Of a DNA stretch of 64,000 nt, positions 9,100-19,445 are shown piece after piece. The notes below the pieces were generated by a model. The model did not search any database. It was not told where the DNA came from and worked only from the letters and a program-made list of their open reading frames with translations. Source of the DNA: a candidate division WOR-3 bacterium. GTDB taxonomy: Bacteria > Hydrothermota > Tepidihabitantia > Tepidihabitantales > Tepidihabitantaceae. The stretch lies in assembly GCA_965649225.1 (NCBI GenBank), contig CBFGJX010000002.1, positions 1-64,000 on the forward strand, read 5' to 3'. The translations under genes were made by a program, and so were the position numbers. Each line of letters opens with the position of its first letter. Position 1 is the first letter of the stretch.

Positions 9100-9397
9100 G
9101 CCGTGATTGTAATGTATCGACCGGGCTGGTCAAGCTGAGAGCGGGGAGGCAGCGTTCAGTTGTCGTTACCACCACGACAATGTTGACAATCCCGGTGATG
9201 GCGGTAGTCTGCTTTTGGATGACGGGAAGTGACCAGCCGGCCGCAGCGCCGGGCGAACACCGTCTGTCCTACGGGCTGTCCGTGCTACAGTTACGCTCAA
9301 CCGTTGATGTGTCAGGGTCTGCAAACCGGCAGTCGCCCCTGTCGTTGATGATATCAACGTCGGTCCTGGGATCGACTGCGGAAGGGAAGTGGGGTAG

Positions 9398-10744
9398 ATG
9401 AGTCTGCTGGTTGTATTTGGGGCCGTTGCACTGGTCGGCATCGCGTCATGGATGTGGTCCGGTGCGGTTGTTCGCTCCCGGATGCATCGCCAGATACTGC
9501 AGATTGAGCTCAAGGCGGAAAGTCTGGAAGCAGCCAATGATGCGCTCCATGGTCAGCTCGAGAAACTCGAGCAGGCCAACGATGAACTCCGACACGAACT
9601 GGACAAAGAGCGCGAACTGCGGATTCAATCCCAGACCCGCCTGGAAGAGGCTTCGCGCAGTATCAAGGAGCAAAAGAAGTTGCTCGACGAGGCCACAGAG
9701 CGCCTGAAAGCTTCCTTCAATCGTCTTGCAACCGGTGTACTGAAGAGCAGTAACGAAGTGTTTATTGACCTTGCCCGCAAGGCTTTGGAGGGGGTAGTTG
9801 AGAAGGTCGAAGATGGTGTCGGCCGTCAGCACGAGGAGATCAGAGGGTTGATGGAGCCAATCGCTGAAACCCTGAAGCGCTTTGAGTCACGGGTCAGCGA
9901 GTTGGAGGCCGAGCGCCAGCGGACACTTGGAGCCCTCGAGTCGCAGGTTGCTGGACTGGCCCAGACCAGCGAGGTGCTGCAGCGCGAAACCGCGGCTCTG
10001 GTGTCGGCATTGAAGCGGCCAGGCGCGGCTGGAGCCTGGGGGCCGGTGTCGCTGCGTCATATTGTTGAAACGGTTGGACTGGCCGAATTCTGCGTTTTCA
10101 GCGATGAAACCAGAGGCGTCCATGAGCCGAATCTGGTCGTGAGACTGCCGGGCGGGCGCAGCATCGCTGTCGATGCCGGAGCTCCGCTTGACGATTACTT
10201 CGCTGCCATGGCGGCCGAGGACGAGACTGAGCGTCAGGGGCGGTTGACAGCGTACGCCGCTGCTCTACGGCAGTATCTGGCGAGCCTTGGTCCGAACGGC
10301 AACGGGACGAACGGGAGACCAGAGTTGTCGGTGTTGTTTCTGCCTGGCGATGGTTTTCTCGCAGCTGCGCTCGAAAAAGACCAGCAGCTGGTTGACGATG
10401 GACTGCGGTCGAAGGTGGTGATTGCAACTCCGGGAACCCTGGTTGCATTGCTGAAGTCGGTAGCACTGACCTGGCAGCAGGAGAAGGTGGTTGAGCGGTC
10501 GGAGCAGATTCGTGCCGCTGGGCGCGAGCTGTTCGAGCGCGTCTCCCGTTTTACCGACCACTTGGACGAAATCGGCGAGGGGCTGCGCCGCACGACCAAG
10601 TCCTACAACGATGCGGTCGCAAACTGGAATGCTCGCCTGGTACCGGGGGCGCGGCGTCTTGGAGAATTGACAACCCCCGCCGGCGAGGAGCCCGCGCAGT
10701 CGCCGCAGGCGATAGACCACGTTATCAACGAGGTGAGGAGCTGA
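9398..10744 (+). CDS. rmuC: RmuC-family protein (divergent)
   Basis: N-terminal TM helix and long coiled coil, with motifs GAWG, VRLPGGRSIAVD, LFLPGD and IATPGTLVALLKSVALTWQQE. Confidence 0.8.
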   Translation: MSLLVVFGAVALVGIASWMWSGAVVRSRMHRQILQIELKAESLEAANDALHGQLEKLEQANDELRHELDKERELRIQSQTRLEEASRSIKEQKKLLDEATERLKASFNRLATGVLKSSNEVFIDLARKALEGVVEKVEDGVGRQHEEIRGLMEPIAETLKRFESRVSELEAERQRTLGALESQVAGLAQTSEVLQRETAALVSALKRPGAAGAWGPVSLRHIVETVGLAEFCVFSDETRGVHEPNLVVRLPGGRSIAVDAGAPLDDYFAAMAAEDETERQGRLTAYAAALRQYLASLGPNGNGTNGRPELSVLFLPGDGFLAAALEKDQQLVDDGLRSKVVIATPGTLVALLKSVALTWQQEKVVERSEQIRAAGRELFERVSRFTDHLDEIGEGLRRTTKSYNDAVANWNARLVPGARRLGELTTPAGEEPAQSPQAIDHVINEVRS

Positions 10745-10754
10745 GCCTGCCGAG

Positions 10755-12059
10755 TTAACGCAGGCGGAATCCGCCTCGTTTGCCCGGGACGCCAAACCGG
10801 CCGGTGCCGATTGCACGGGCAAGCTCTCTTGCCTGAGCGAATTCCTTCAGAAGGCGGTTGACGTCGGCGACGGTGTTGCCCGAGCCGGCGGCAATCCGAC
10901 GGCGGCGCGAACCGTCAATGATATCCGGGTTATGCCGTTCTTCGGGGGTCATTGACTGAATCATCGCTTCCACCCGGACAAACTCCCGTTCGTCGAACTC
11001 AACCTGCTGCCCCCCAGGAATCATCGACAGCAGTTTTGATAAGCTGCCGGCCTTCCGAATGTTGCGGAGCTGATTGAGAAAATCCTCCAGGTCGAATTTC
11101 CCCTGCACCAGGCGTTGGGCTGTCTTGACCTGCAGTTCCGGTGTTACGGCGGCCTGGACCGTTTCGGTCAGGCTCTGGGCGTCGCCCATCCCCAGTATTC
11201 GCGAGGCAATGCGGTCAGGGTGGAATTCCTCCAGGTCGGCAAGATGTTCGCCAGTTCCAATGTAGATTATCGGCAGGCCGGTCACCTGGCGTACTGACAG
11301 TACTGCGCCACCGCGGGCGTCACCGTCAAGCTTCGTAAAGCAGCAACCGGTAATCTTGAAGCGCTGGTGGAAGCTCTCGGCCTGCTGGACGGCATCCTGT
11401 CCGATCATCCCGTCAAGGACAAGCAGTGTTGAGCTGGGCTGAGCAACGCTGGTCACCGCCGCCAGTTCGTTCATCAGCTCCTCGTCGATGTGAAGGCGGC
11501 CGGCCGTATCGATTATCACCAGCCGGTGACCTGAGTCCCGGGCGTGGCGCAGTGCCTGACGAACAGTTCCAACGACGTCATCGAGTACCGGGAAGAAACC
11601 GGCCTCAGCACGGGCTGCGACCGACTCGAGCTGTTGTGCCGCAGCCGGGCGCTTCGGGTCACAGGCAACGAGCAGCGGACGCCGTGACTTGTGCCGGTAG
11701 GCGAGCTTGCCGGCCAGTGTCGTTTTGCCGGTACCCTGCAGACCCAAAAGAACGATGACCGGCAGCGGCGGGCTGAGGTCGAGTCGGGTTACCCTGCCGC
11801 CGAGCAGTTCGACCATCTCGTGGTAGAGCGCTGCACTCACAACTTCGCCGGGTCTGAGGCTTGAGTCGATTTTCTTGTCACGGATCGTCGACTCCAGCTT
11901 TCGGATAAAATGGCCAACAACCTTGTAGTTGACATCGGCGTCGAGCAGCACCGTGCGGATGTCGCGCAGGGCACCGGCGATTTCCTGTTCCGACAGCCGG
12001 CCGTAGCCCATCAGGCGACGCTGGAGCCTGGTCAATCGGTCAGTGATTGCTGCAAACAT
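10755..12059 (-). CDS. ffh: Signal recognition particle protein Ffh
   Basis: Motifs GLQGTGKTT, DTAGRL, TKLDGDARGG and M-domain SRRRRIAAGSG. Confidence 0.95.
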   Translation of the reverse strand: MFAAITDRLTRLQRRLMGYGRLSEQEIAGALRDIRTVLLDADVNYKVVGHFIRKLESTIRDKKIDSSLRPGEVVSAALYHEMVELLGGRVTRLDLSPPLPVIVLLGLQGTGKTTLAGKLAYRHKSRRPLLVACDPKRPAAAQQLESVAARAEAGFFPVLDDVVGTVRQALRHARDSGHRLVIIDTAGRLHIDEELMNELAAVTSVAQPSSTLLVLDGMIGQDAVQQAESFHQRFKITGCCFTKLDGDARGGAVLSVRQVTGLPIIYIGTGEHLADLEEFHPDRIASRILGMGDAQSLTETVQAAVTPELQVKTAQRLVQGKFDLEDFLNQLRNIRKAGSLSKLLSMIPGGQQVEFDEREFVRVEAMIQSMTPEERHNPDIIDGSRRRRIAAGSGNTVADVNRLLKEFAQARELARAIGTGRFGVPGKRGGFRLR

Positions 12060-12066
12060 CAGAGAA

Positions 12067-12771
12067 CTAGGACGCCCGTTCTAACGAGTCGGACCCTGCA
12101 CCGGAGTTCGGCAGATCTGGTGCCACCGCGCGTCTGATCGCCTGCAGGGTCGCAGCGTAGTCGCCGGAACGCATTACCGCTGAGCCGGCAATCAGCCAGT
12201 CGGCGCCGGCCCGTGCGGCTGCGCCGGCATTCGATTGATTGATACCGCCGTCAACCGAGAGCGAGCAGTCAAGGTTTGAATCTCTGATTTGCCGATGCAG
12301 GTCACGAATACGGTCGAGCGACTCGCCCATGAACGCCTGCCCACCGGCGCCGGGGAAGACGCTCATCAACATGATGTCGTCGACAGCAGGCAGCAGGTCA
12401 TAGACCAGCCGGACGTCGGTCGAGGGATTGATTGCAACACCAAAAGCAAGCCCGGCACCACGTACGCTCCCGCGACAGACGTCGAGCATTTCAGTGGCCT
12501 CGAGATGAACCGAAATCATGTCTGCCCAGGGCAGGAACTTTTCAACAATCCATTCAGGTTCGAGCACCATCAGATGGACGTGGACCGGCAGTCTGGTAGC
12601 ACTGCGTACGGCTTTCGCCAGTGGAACACCGAACGACAGGTTGGAAACAAAATGTCCGTCCATGACGTCAAGGTGGATTGCGTCAGCACCCGCTGCTTCC
12701 AGAGCCTTGAGTTCGTCGGCCAGATGCAGCCAGTCGCAGTCCAGCAGCGAAACCGATATGCGTACAGACAT
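12067..12771 (-). CDS. rpe: Ribulose-phosphate 3-epimerase
   Basis: Motifs HLDVMDGHFV, HLMV, MSVFPGAGGQ and VDGGIN. Confidence 0.95.
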   Translation of the reverse strand: MSVRISVSLLDCDWLHLADELKALEAAGADAIHLDVMDGHFVSNLSFGVPLAKAVRSATRLPVHVHLMVLEPEWIVEKFLPWADMISVHLEATEMLDVCRGSVRGAGLAFGVAINPSTDVRLVYDLLPAVDDIMLMSVFPGAGGQAFMGESLDRIRDLHRQIRDSNLDCSLSVDGGINQSNAGAAARAGADWLIAGSAVMRSGDYAATLQAIRRAVAPDLPNSGAGSDSLERAS

Positions 12772-13502
12772 CAGCGGGGGCGGGCGACGATGAGGCCGAC
12801 AGAGTCGCCCGGTGCGACCAGAACGCCTTCTTCGGGGTACTGAAAGATTACCAGTCCCGGCGATTCGTCGCTCTCTGCTTCCCGTACTTCTGCCAGCGTC
12901 AGACCTTGCGCCAGGACCAGACCACGGGCCGTCTCAAGGTCCATTCCCACCAGGCTCGGCATCGGAAAGTTGCTGACATTTGCCGAGACCTGAATAGTGA
13001 TCGAATCGCCTTCCTTGAGCTGAGTGCCGGCCGGAGGTAGGGTACCAACGACCTGGCCGGCCGGGAAGCTCTGGGTGCGGAGAGATTCGACAGCGCGTAG
13101 TCTGAGGCCGGCAGCCGTAAGCAGCGACATGGCCTGATCATAAGGCAGTCCGGAAACGCGGGGGACGCGAGTGACGCCAGCACCCCAGCTGACATCAAGA
13201 CGTACTCCGCGTCCGGCTTTGACCCGGGCGCCGGCAGGCGGCTGCTGGGCAACCACCCGGTCGGGGGCAGTTTCGGAAGTCGTTACCGGCTTGATTTCGG
13301 TCAAGCGGAGTCCGTATCGGTTGATGGTTTCTTCGGCGGCAAACCGATCAAGGCCGACCAGGTTGGGTACAACCACGACTCTCTGCCTGCCGACCACCGC
13401 CGGCATAATCACCCAGTTAAGCAGTACAAACAGGCCGCCCGCCAGGAGAACCAGTACCAGCAGTATGACAACGCAGGAGGGCCTTCGTCGCTGGCGACTC
13501 AT
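12771..13502 (-). CDS. Membrane-anchored protein with three PASTA domains
   Basis: TM helix followed by repeats VPNLVG, VPRVSG and MPSLVG, each with a Q.P..G-type motif. Confidence 0.9.
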   Translation of the reverse strand: MSRQRRRPSCVVILLVLVLLAGGLFVLLNWVIMPAVVGRQRVVVVPNLVGLDRFAAEETINRYGLRLTEIKPVTTSETAPDRVVAQQPPAGARVKAGRGVRLDVSWGAGVTRVPRVSGLPYDQAMSLLTAAGLRLRAVESLRTQSFPAGQVVGTLPPAGTQLKEGDSITIQVSANVSNFPMPSLVGMDLETARGLVLAQGLTLAEVREAESDESPGLVIFQYPEEGVLVAPGDSVGLIVARPR

Positions 13503-14431
13503 GGTGGCGTCAATTCTTCACCGCTGCGGGGGTGAAACCCGTTGCAGAAATCGCTAACGGACATTGCCTTGCCGCCCTCGGGTTTAAGCTGAATGATAGC
13601 GAGGGTTTTATCAACACACGAGACTTCGAATCCATCGTCAGTCAGTTGGATGCTGCCCGGTCGGCCGGAGGCGTTTCTGTCGGTGAGCCGGGAGCGAAGC
13701 AGAATCAGCCGGCGTTGTCGAAACGAAGTGAGGGCACCGGGGTCGGGCGAGAGCGCCCGGATGTGATTGTGTACCGCCAGCGATGATTGGCCAAACTCAA
13801 CAGGACGGTCGGCCGGGGTGAGCTTCGGCGCCAGCGTTGCCCGGGTGTGGTCCTGGGTTCGGCCAGTGATACTGCCGTCTGCAATACCGGGCAGAGTTGT
13901 GACCAGAAGGTCTGCACCGAGGCGACTCAGGCGCTCAGTAAGCTCGCCGGCCGTCTCGTCGATCGAAACCGGTGTGCGTACGCAGGCCAGAATGTCGCCG
14001 GCATCGACTTTCTGACTCATTTTGATGAGAGTCACTCCGGTCTCGGTGACGCCGTCCATCAGGCAGCGCGGTATAGGTGCAGCACCACGGTAGGCAGGCA
14101 GCAGCGACGGATGGACATTGACGAAGCCAAGGCGCGGCAGTGTCAGCAGCTGCTGGGACAGTATGCAGCCGTAGGCAACCAAAATGCCGATGTCGGGTCG
14201 GAGTGCAGCCAGTTCCAGAACAAACTCCTGATCGTTCGGGTTCTCGGGCTGGCGTACCGGCAGACCCAGTCGTCGGGCGGCAGTGTCGACTGGCGATGCA
14301 CGCAGACGCCGGCCGCGTCCAGCCGGGCGCGGCGGCGCAGTAATTACGGCAAGGATGCTGTGCCCAGCGTCGTGCAGAGCACGCAGACTCGGGACGGCAA
14401 ATTCGGCGGTGCCGCAAAAAATCACTCGCAC
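13499..14431 (-). CDS. fmt: Methionyl-tRNA formyltransferase
   Basis: Motifs FCGTAEFA and NVHPSLLPAYRGAAPI. Confidence 0.95.
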   Translation of the reverse strand: MRVIFCGTAEFAVPSLRALHDAGHSILAVITAPPRPAGRGRRLRASPVDTAARRLGLPVRQPENPNDQEFVLELAALRPDIGILVAYGCILSQQLLTLPRLGFVNVHPSLLPAYRGAAPIPRCLMDGVTETGVTLIKMSQKVDAGDILACVRTPVSIDETAGELTERLSRLGADLLVTTLPGIADGSITGRTQDHTRATLAPKLTPADRPVEFGQSSLAVHNHIRALSPDPGALTSFRQRRLILLRSRLTDRNASGRPGSIQLTDDGFEVSCVDKTLAIIQLKPEGGKAMSVSDFCNGFHPRSGEELTPP

Positions 14432-14946
14432 TGACGCAGCTCCTGCTGTTCGATTTCTGTCAGGCGGGACTGCATCATCCGGCGACGGGCCGGGCCGATA
14501 TGGTCGATGAACAGGACCCCATTGATGTGGTCGATTTCATGACAGATTGCTCGCGCCATCAAGCCTTTGGCGTCAAGTCGCAAGGGTTTGCCCGTTTCGT
14601 CGAGGCCGGTGACGGTAACCCGGGACGGCCGCCGGACGATGTCAAAGAGCCCGGGGAAAGAGAGGCAGCCTTCTTCGGCCTCGATCGTACCATCCTCGGC
14701 GGCAATCTCAGGATTTATGATGCAGAATGGTCTGCTGCCATTTTCGTCGTGCGGATTCAGGGCGATGACGGCGATCGGTTCGCCGATTTGATTGGCAGCG
14801 AGTCCGGCCCCGTCCTGGGTGAGCATAGTGGTTTTCAGGTCCTCGAACAGCTGTCTCAGCTGGTCGTCGATCCGTTCAACTCGGCGGGCCCGGATTCGCA
14901 ACACCGGGTTGCCGTACAGGACAATGCGCCGGTTGCGGCCGGTCAT
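14422..14946 (-). CDS. def: Peptide deformylase
   Basis: Motifs GAGLAANQIG, EGCLS and HEIDH. Confidence 0.97.
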   Translation of the reverse strand: MTGRNRRIVLYGNPVLRIRARRVERIDDQLRQLFEDLKTTMLTQDGAGLAANQIGEPIAVIALNPHDENGSRPFCIINPEIAAEDGTIEAEEGCLSFPGLFDIVRRPSRVTVTGLDETGKPLRLDAKGLMARAICHEIDHINGVLFIDHIGPARRRMMQSRLTEIEQQELRQCE

Positions 14947-14958
14947 CTGATGCCGGGG

Positions 14959-15279
14959 TTACTGCTGGGCACCGAACTTGTAGGCGACTGCGGTACGATC
15001 GACTTCCAGCTCGGTGTTTTCGCTTACCTTGACCAGGAAGGTGTTTTCGCGGACGTTGCTGATAATGCCGTGGATTCCGGACGAAAGAACTACCCGGTCG
15101 CCGCGTTTGAGTGATTCCAGCATTTGCTGGTGCTTCTTCTGCCGGCGCTGCTGAGGCAGGATCATCAGGAAATAGAGTACGGCGAAAACGAGGATGATGG
15201 GCAGAAATCCCAGAATGCCGCTCATGCCGCCTCCGGTCGGTGTCGGTGGGGCAGTTTGGGCAAAGGCGATACCAGACAT
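14959..15279 (-). CDS. yajC: Preprotein translocase subunit YajC
   Basis: Motifs YFLMILPQQRRQK and LKRGDRVVLSSGIHG. A GAGG RBS precedes the ATG at 15279. Confidence 0.92.
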   Translation of the reverse strand: MSGIAFAQTAPPTPTGGGMSGILGFLPIILVFAVLYFLMILPQQRRQKKHQQMLESLKRGDRVVLSSGIHGIISNVRENTFLVKVSENTELEVDRTAVAYKFGAQQ

Positions 15280-15303
15280 CTTGCTACCTCCGTTCAATAG
15301 GCT

Positions 15304-15897
15304 TCATGCCAGACGGGTGTCCCGGTAGAGCCGGTGACGCCGGATATATCGGGCTACCTCAACCGGTAACATATAGCGGACAGATTGCCCTGACGCAAGC
15401 CTGGCGCGGATATCGCTTGCGCTGATGGCAATCTTGATAACAGACAGGAAGCGAACTTTGCCCGCCACCTTCTGCGACATCGGCGACAAAGTTATGCCCG
15501 GTCGGGTTGCCACCGCCAGCCGGGCAATCTTGACGACTTCTTCGGGACGGTACCAACTGGGAAGCGTTGCGTACTGGTCAGCGCCAACTATCAACCAGAG
15601 CGTTGGTCTGTCAAATCGTTTGCGGATGGCGGTGATGGTGTTGAGCGTGTAGGAAGGCACCGGCAGTGTTTCCTCGATCGGAAAGCAGTCGATTCCCGGC
15701 ATCAGGTCGGCGGCGAGCCGGGTCATTGCGCGTCGATGGTGGTAGGCAGCGATTGGCGGTGGGCGGTGAGGAGGATGCAAGGTCGGGACGAGCAGCACAC
15801 GGTCGAGATGCAGCAGCTGGCGGACATCGTCGGCGACAAGCAGATGCCCGAAATGGATCGGGTCGAACGCACCTCCCAGAACCCCGATTCTGGCCAC
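15304..15897 (-). CDS. nadD: Nicotinate-nucleotide adenylyltransferase
   Basis: Motifs GVLGGAFDPIHFGH, SYTLNT, IVGADQ and ISASDIR. GTG start at 15897. Confidence 0.93.
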   Translation of the reverse strand: MARIGVLGGAFDPIHFGHLLVADDVRQLLHLDRVLLVPTLHPPHRPPPIAAYHHRRAMTRLAADLMPGIDCFPIEETLPVPSYTLNTITAIRKRFDRPTLWLIVGADQYATLPSWYRPEEVVKIARLAVATRPGITLSPMSQKVAGKVRFLSVIKIAISASDIRARLASGQSVRYMLPVEVARYIRRHRLYRDTRLA

Positions 15898-15901
15898 CGG
15901 G

Positions 15902-16651
15902 TCAGCGGGAAAGCAGTTCCAGCTGTCGGCGTGCCGAGCGGCGGTATTGCTCTTCGCAATCTCCGTCGGCCAGCGGACGGAGAACCGCCTGCGCCCGGAC
16001 AGTATCGCCGGCAGCTGCCAGAGCAATGCCGTACTGAAGGCGATCGCGGACATCCCACTTCATTTTCGGGTGCTCGGTTTCGAGGTAGTCGTAGTAAACC
16101 AGCGCCGAGCGGTACTCGCCGGCGCGGAAGTATAACCGGGCGGCAGAGAGTTCGCGGACAGCAAGACGTTGCTCGATCGCTGCGGCCAGTGATTCGGCGC
16201 TGGCGGCAAACTGCGACTCCGGATAGTCTTCCATAAACTCACGCAGTATATTGCCCGCTTTGATGGTTCGGCTTTGATCGCGGGTGGCAGCCGGTGCCGA
16301 ACGGAAGCAGGCTTCGGCCAGGCGAAACATTGCCGCCTCGCGATACTGCGCGTTTGGAAAATTCTTCAGGTAGAAATCGAACTCGGTCTGCGCCTGGTTG
16401 TAGTCCCGTTTCCGGAAATAGGTTTCGGCAAGCCAGTACTGAGCATCGGCAGCCTGATTCGAACCCGGGTAGTTGAAGATGGTGAACGTGAAGGCTTCGA
16501 TTGCCGCCTTGTAGCGATTCGCTTCGAGTTCGTCGAGCCCACGGCGGAGTGATTCAACAGCGCTCGCTGGTGGCTCGGGGCCAAGCCGTTGACGGGGACA
16601 GCCGGCAAAAATCGTCGACAGCAGCAGTACTGGCAACAACGATTTGTTCAC
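15902..16651 (-). CDS. bamD: Outer membrane protein assembly lipoprotein BamD (TPR)
   Basis: Lipobox FAGC, TPR repeats, RDQSRT and ARLYFRAGEYRSA. Confidence 0.85.
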   Translation of the reverse strand: MNKSLLPVLLLSTIFAGCPRQRLGPEPPASAVESLRRGLDELEANRYKAAIEAFTFTIFNYPGSNQAADAQYWLAETYFRKRDYNQAQTEFDFYLKNFPNAQYREAAMFRLAEACFRSAPAATRDQSRTIKAGNILREFMEDYPESQFAASAESLAAAIEQRLAVRELSAARLYFRAGEYRSALVYYDYLETEHPKMKWDVRDRLQYGIALAAAGDTVRAQAVLRPLADGDCEEQYRRSARRQLELLSR

Positions 16652-17466
16652 AGTCTTCCGACCATTGCCGCAATCAGTTTGGTCAATTTCGGTTCGGCTG
16701 CGGCGGCAACCCGCAGTACCTCCTGCAGGTCAACGCCGTGCAGAGCATCGGGCAGGCCCATATCGGTAATGACCGAGAATCCGGCAACGGTGAGGCCGCA
16801 GTGACGCGCGACGATCACTTCGGGTACGGTGGACATACCGACCATGTCAGCTCCGATGATGCGGATGTAGCGGTACTCGGCAGCGGTTTCAAGGTTGGGT
16901 CCGGTGACCCAGGCGTAGACACCGCGACGCAGAGGAATACCCAGACTGAGCGCGACCGTCTCGGCGATATCGACAAGCCGTGGGGAGTAAACCTCGAACA
17001 TGTCCGGAAACCGGGGGCCAAGCGAGTCGTCGTTCGGGCCGCGCAGCGGATTGTGGCCGGTGAGGTTGATGTGGTCGGTAATTGCCACGATGTCACCGGA
17101 GCGAAACTGGGGATTGACGCCGCCGGCGGCATTGGAAACGATAAGCGTGCCGATGCCCAGTGCCCGCAATACCCGGACTGGTAGCGTTACTTCCGGCAGG
17201 TCATAACCCTCATAGAAGTGAAAGCGGCCCTGCATGACCGCGACCTTTTTCCCCGAGAGGTGGCCGAAGATTAACCGCCCACGGTGGCTCTCTACGGTTG
17301 GTACCGGGAAATTGGCAATCTCGGAGTAAGGTACTATTGCGACACTCTCGACTTCGTCGGCGAGTCGTCCCAGGCCGGTGCCCAGAATGATGCCGACATC
17401 GGGGATGAAATCAGTTTTACTGCGAATCGACTGAGTACTCTGTTGTATCAGCTGGCTCGTCGTCAT
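16648..17466 (-). CDS. punA: Purine nucleoside phosphorylase (trimeric family)
   Basis: Motifs GIILGTGLG, QGRFHFYEG, SNAAGG and VGMSTVPE. Confidence 0.93.
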   Translation of the reverse strand: MTTSQLIQQSTQSIRSKTDFIPDVGIILGTGLGRLADEVESVAIVPYSEIANFPVPTVESHRGRLIFGHLSGKKVAVMQGRFHFYEGYDLPEVTLPVRVLRALGIGTLIVSNAAGGVNPQFRSGDIVAITDHINLTGHNPLRGPNDDSLGPRFPDMFEVYSPRLVDIAETVALSLGIPLRRGVYAWVTGPNLETAAEYRYIRIIGADMVGMSTVPEVIVARHCGLTVAGFSVITDMGLPDALHGVDLQEVLRVAAAAEPKLTKLIAAMVGRL

Positions 17467-17914
17467 CAGGTCTTTTCTCCAGACTCTCGGCAAGGTTCAA
17501 AAAGGTGCGGGCGACGGCGGCGATTTCGTTGACCAGCGCGGTTCGACGGGCAACAAGCGTCCGGACTTGTTCGCGAACGCGGTCGGCCTCGAGCCGGGCG
17601 TCAAGCAGGATGCGTTCGGCCTGGACCCGGGCCGCCTCTTCCCGGGTCCGGGCGTCTCTTTCCGCGGCGGCGCGCAGTTCGTCGGTTGCTTGCTGGGCCG
17701 TTACCAAGGTTTGCTGCAGCAGCTTTTCAGTCCGTTCGTATTCTTCAAGGCGGCTGGTCATTGCCGCAAGTCGTTCGTTGAGTTCGGCCTTTTCGCGACG
17801 CAGTTCCTCGATTTCGGCGGCAACTGCGTCGAGAAAACTGCGGACCTCTTCCCGTGAGTAACCACGAAGTTCGCGGTTGAATTCTTTCTTGCGGATTTCG
17901 AGCGGCGTGAGCAT
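17417..17914 (-). CDS. divIVA: DivIVA-domain protein
   Basis: N-terminus MLTPLEIRKKEF..LRGYSREEVRSFLD followed by a coiled coil. Confidence 0.9.
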   Translation of the reverse strand: MLTPLEIRKKEFNRELRGYSREEVRSFLDAVAAEIEELRREKAELNERLAAMTSRLEEYERTEKLLQQTLVTAQQATDELRAAAERDARTREEAARVQAERILLDARLEADRVREQVRTLVARRTALVNEIAAVARTFLNLAESLEKRPDDDEPADTTEYSVDSQ

Positions 17915-18251
17915 GATGAGCGGATTCTATTTGCCCGAATACTCAGAGTCAAGCCACATTACTTGGGCCGCGAGACCGACAGTCGTTGTTGCCAGTATTG
18001 TCGTGAAATCAGACAGTATGACGTTGGACAAAGTCAGCAGCGATGAAAGCCGACTGGGGGGCGAAGGGGTAGAAAGCCGGTTTGGCGACTCGAAAGTTGC
18101 GGGTATCCCGTTGACATCTGTGACATTGCGTAAGTGCAGCCGCTGCTGGGATTGCGATCCGTGTCGCCGGATTCCATCGGCGTGGCTCTAATAAGGGGGT
18201 ATTGACTGCGCCCCGGTCGGTCGGCTTGAGCTGGGTTCTGAAACGGCCCTG

Positions 18252-19445
18252 TCAGCGGCGAGTTTGAGCTTTACGCAGCGCCTGTTTCAGGTCAGCAATG
18301 ATATCCTCAACCGATTCGATTCCGACCGAAATCCTGACCAGCCCATCGGTTATTTTTGCCTGACGGCGGAGCGCCGGCGACATGCCGGCGTGGGTCATTG
18401 AGGCGGGGTGCTGAATCAGCGTCTCGACACCACCGAGGCTGACAGCCAGCGTACAAAGCCGGACCGAGTTGATCAGGCGTTGGCCGGCAGCGAGTCCGCC
18501 GCGAAGTTCGAAGCTGATTATCCCGCCCGGCCCGCTTGCCTGACGGCGGTGGATTTCGTACTGAGGGTGGCAGGGAAGACCAGGAAAGGAAACCGAAGCT
18601 ACCTGTGGTTGCTCAACGAGAAATTCGGCGACCCGCTGGGCATTTGCGCAGTGACGTTGCATTCGCAGGGCGAGCGTCTTGAGCCCCCGGTGAACCAGAA
18701 AGGCCTCGAAGGGAGCGAGCGTGCAGCCAAGGTGGTTGAGTGTCTGACGGAGTTGCCGGTAAGTACCCGGGTCGCGGACGACAATCGCCCCGGCGACGAC
18801 GTCAGCATGACCATTGAGGAACTTGGTCATCGAGTGGACAACGTAGTCGGCTCCCAGGGCCAGCGGACGCTGGAGCGCAGGACTCATGAATGTGTTGTCG
18901 ACGGCGAAAGCAATCCTTTTGTTCCGGCAGATTTCTGCGATTGCCGCTATGTCGGTGACGGCGAGGGTGGGGTTTCCCGGCGTCTCGACAAAGACCAGTC
19001 TGGTCCGCCGGTTGATTGCTCTGCGTACCGCCAGAGGGTTTGAGGTGTCGACCATGGTTGAGCTGATGCCCAGCCGTTTGAGCACGGTTGAAAAAAGGGT
19101 GGCAGTTGCACCATAGACGGACTCGGAGCAGACGACGTGGCCGCCGGCGTCAACAAGTGCGGCGATAAGCGTGCTGATTGCCGCCATGCCCGACGAGCAT
19201 GCCAGTGCGCTGGTGCCGCCTTCGAGTTCGGCGAGGGCGTCTTCCAGAGCAGCGACAGTTGGATTGCCGAGTCGAGTGTAAATGAAACCTTCCTCGGCGC
19301 CGGCAAACAATGCCGCGCCGTGGGCAGCGTTGCGAAACCTGAAGGTGGATGTGGAGTAGATCGGGGTTACTACCGGCTCGCCACCGGCCTGCGGCGAGCC
19401 GGAGTGGACACAGCTGGTTTCAAGGGAGTGCGTTGATTTGGCCAT
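18252..19445 (-). CDS. megL: Cys/Met metabolism PLP-dependent enzyme, probable methionine gamma-lyase
   Basis: Motifs YTRLGNPT, ETPGNPTL, VDNTF, HSMTKFLNGH and AVSLGGVETLIQHPASMTH. A GGAGG RBS is present. Confidence 0.8.
   Translation of the reverse strand: MAKSTHSLETSCVHSGSPQAGGEPVVTPIYSTSTFRFRNAAHGAALFAGAEEGFIYTRLGNPTVAALEDALAELEGGTSALACSSGMAAISTLIAALVDAGGHVVCSESVYGATATLFSTVLKRLGISSTMVDTSNPLAVRRAINRRTRLVFVETPGNPTLAVTDIAAIAEICRNKRIAFAVDNTFMSPALQRPLALGADYVVHSMTKFLNGHADVVAGAIVVRDPGTYRQLRQTLNHLGCTLAPFEAFLVHRGLKTLALRMQRHCANAQRVAEFLVEQPQVASVSFPGLPCHPQYEIHRRQASGPGGIISFELRGGLAAGQRLINSVRLCTLAVSLGGVETLIQHPASMTHAGMSPALRRQAKITDGLVRISVGIESVEDIIADLKQALRKAQTRR

Noticed and set aside
9211..9397. c-di-GMP-I-like riboswitch in the rmuC leader
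   Set aside because: Only scattered GGCGAA/GCAAA words are present, without the GNRA-capped P2 and P3 arrangement.
17953..18251. 300-bp gap between divIVA and megL with small hairpins and a 104-aa ORF
   Set aside because: The ORF has no recognisable motifs and overlaps divIVA. The hairpins are short, and I found no promoter-terminator pair.
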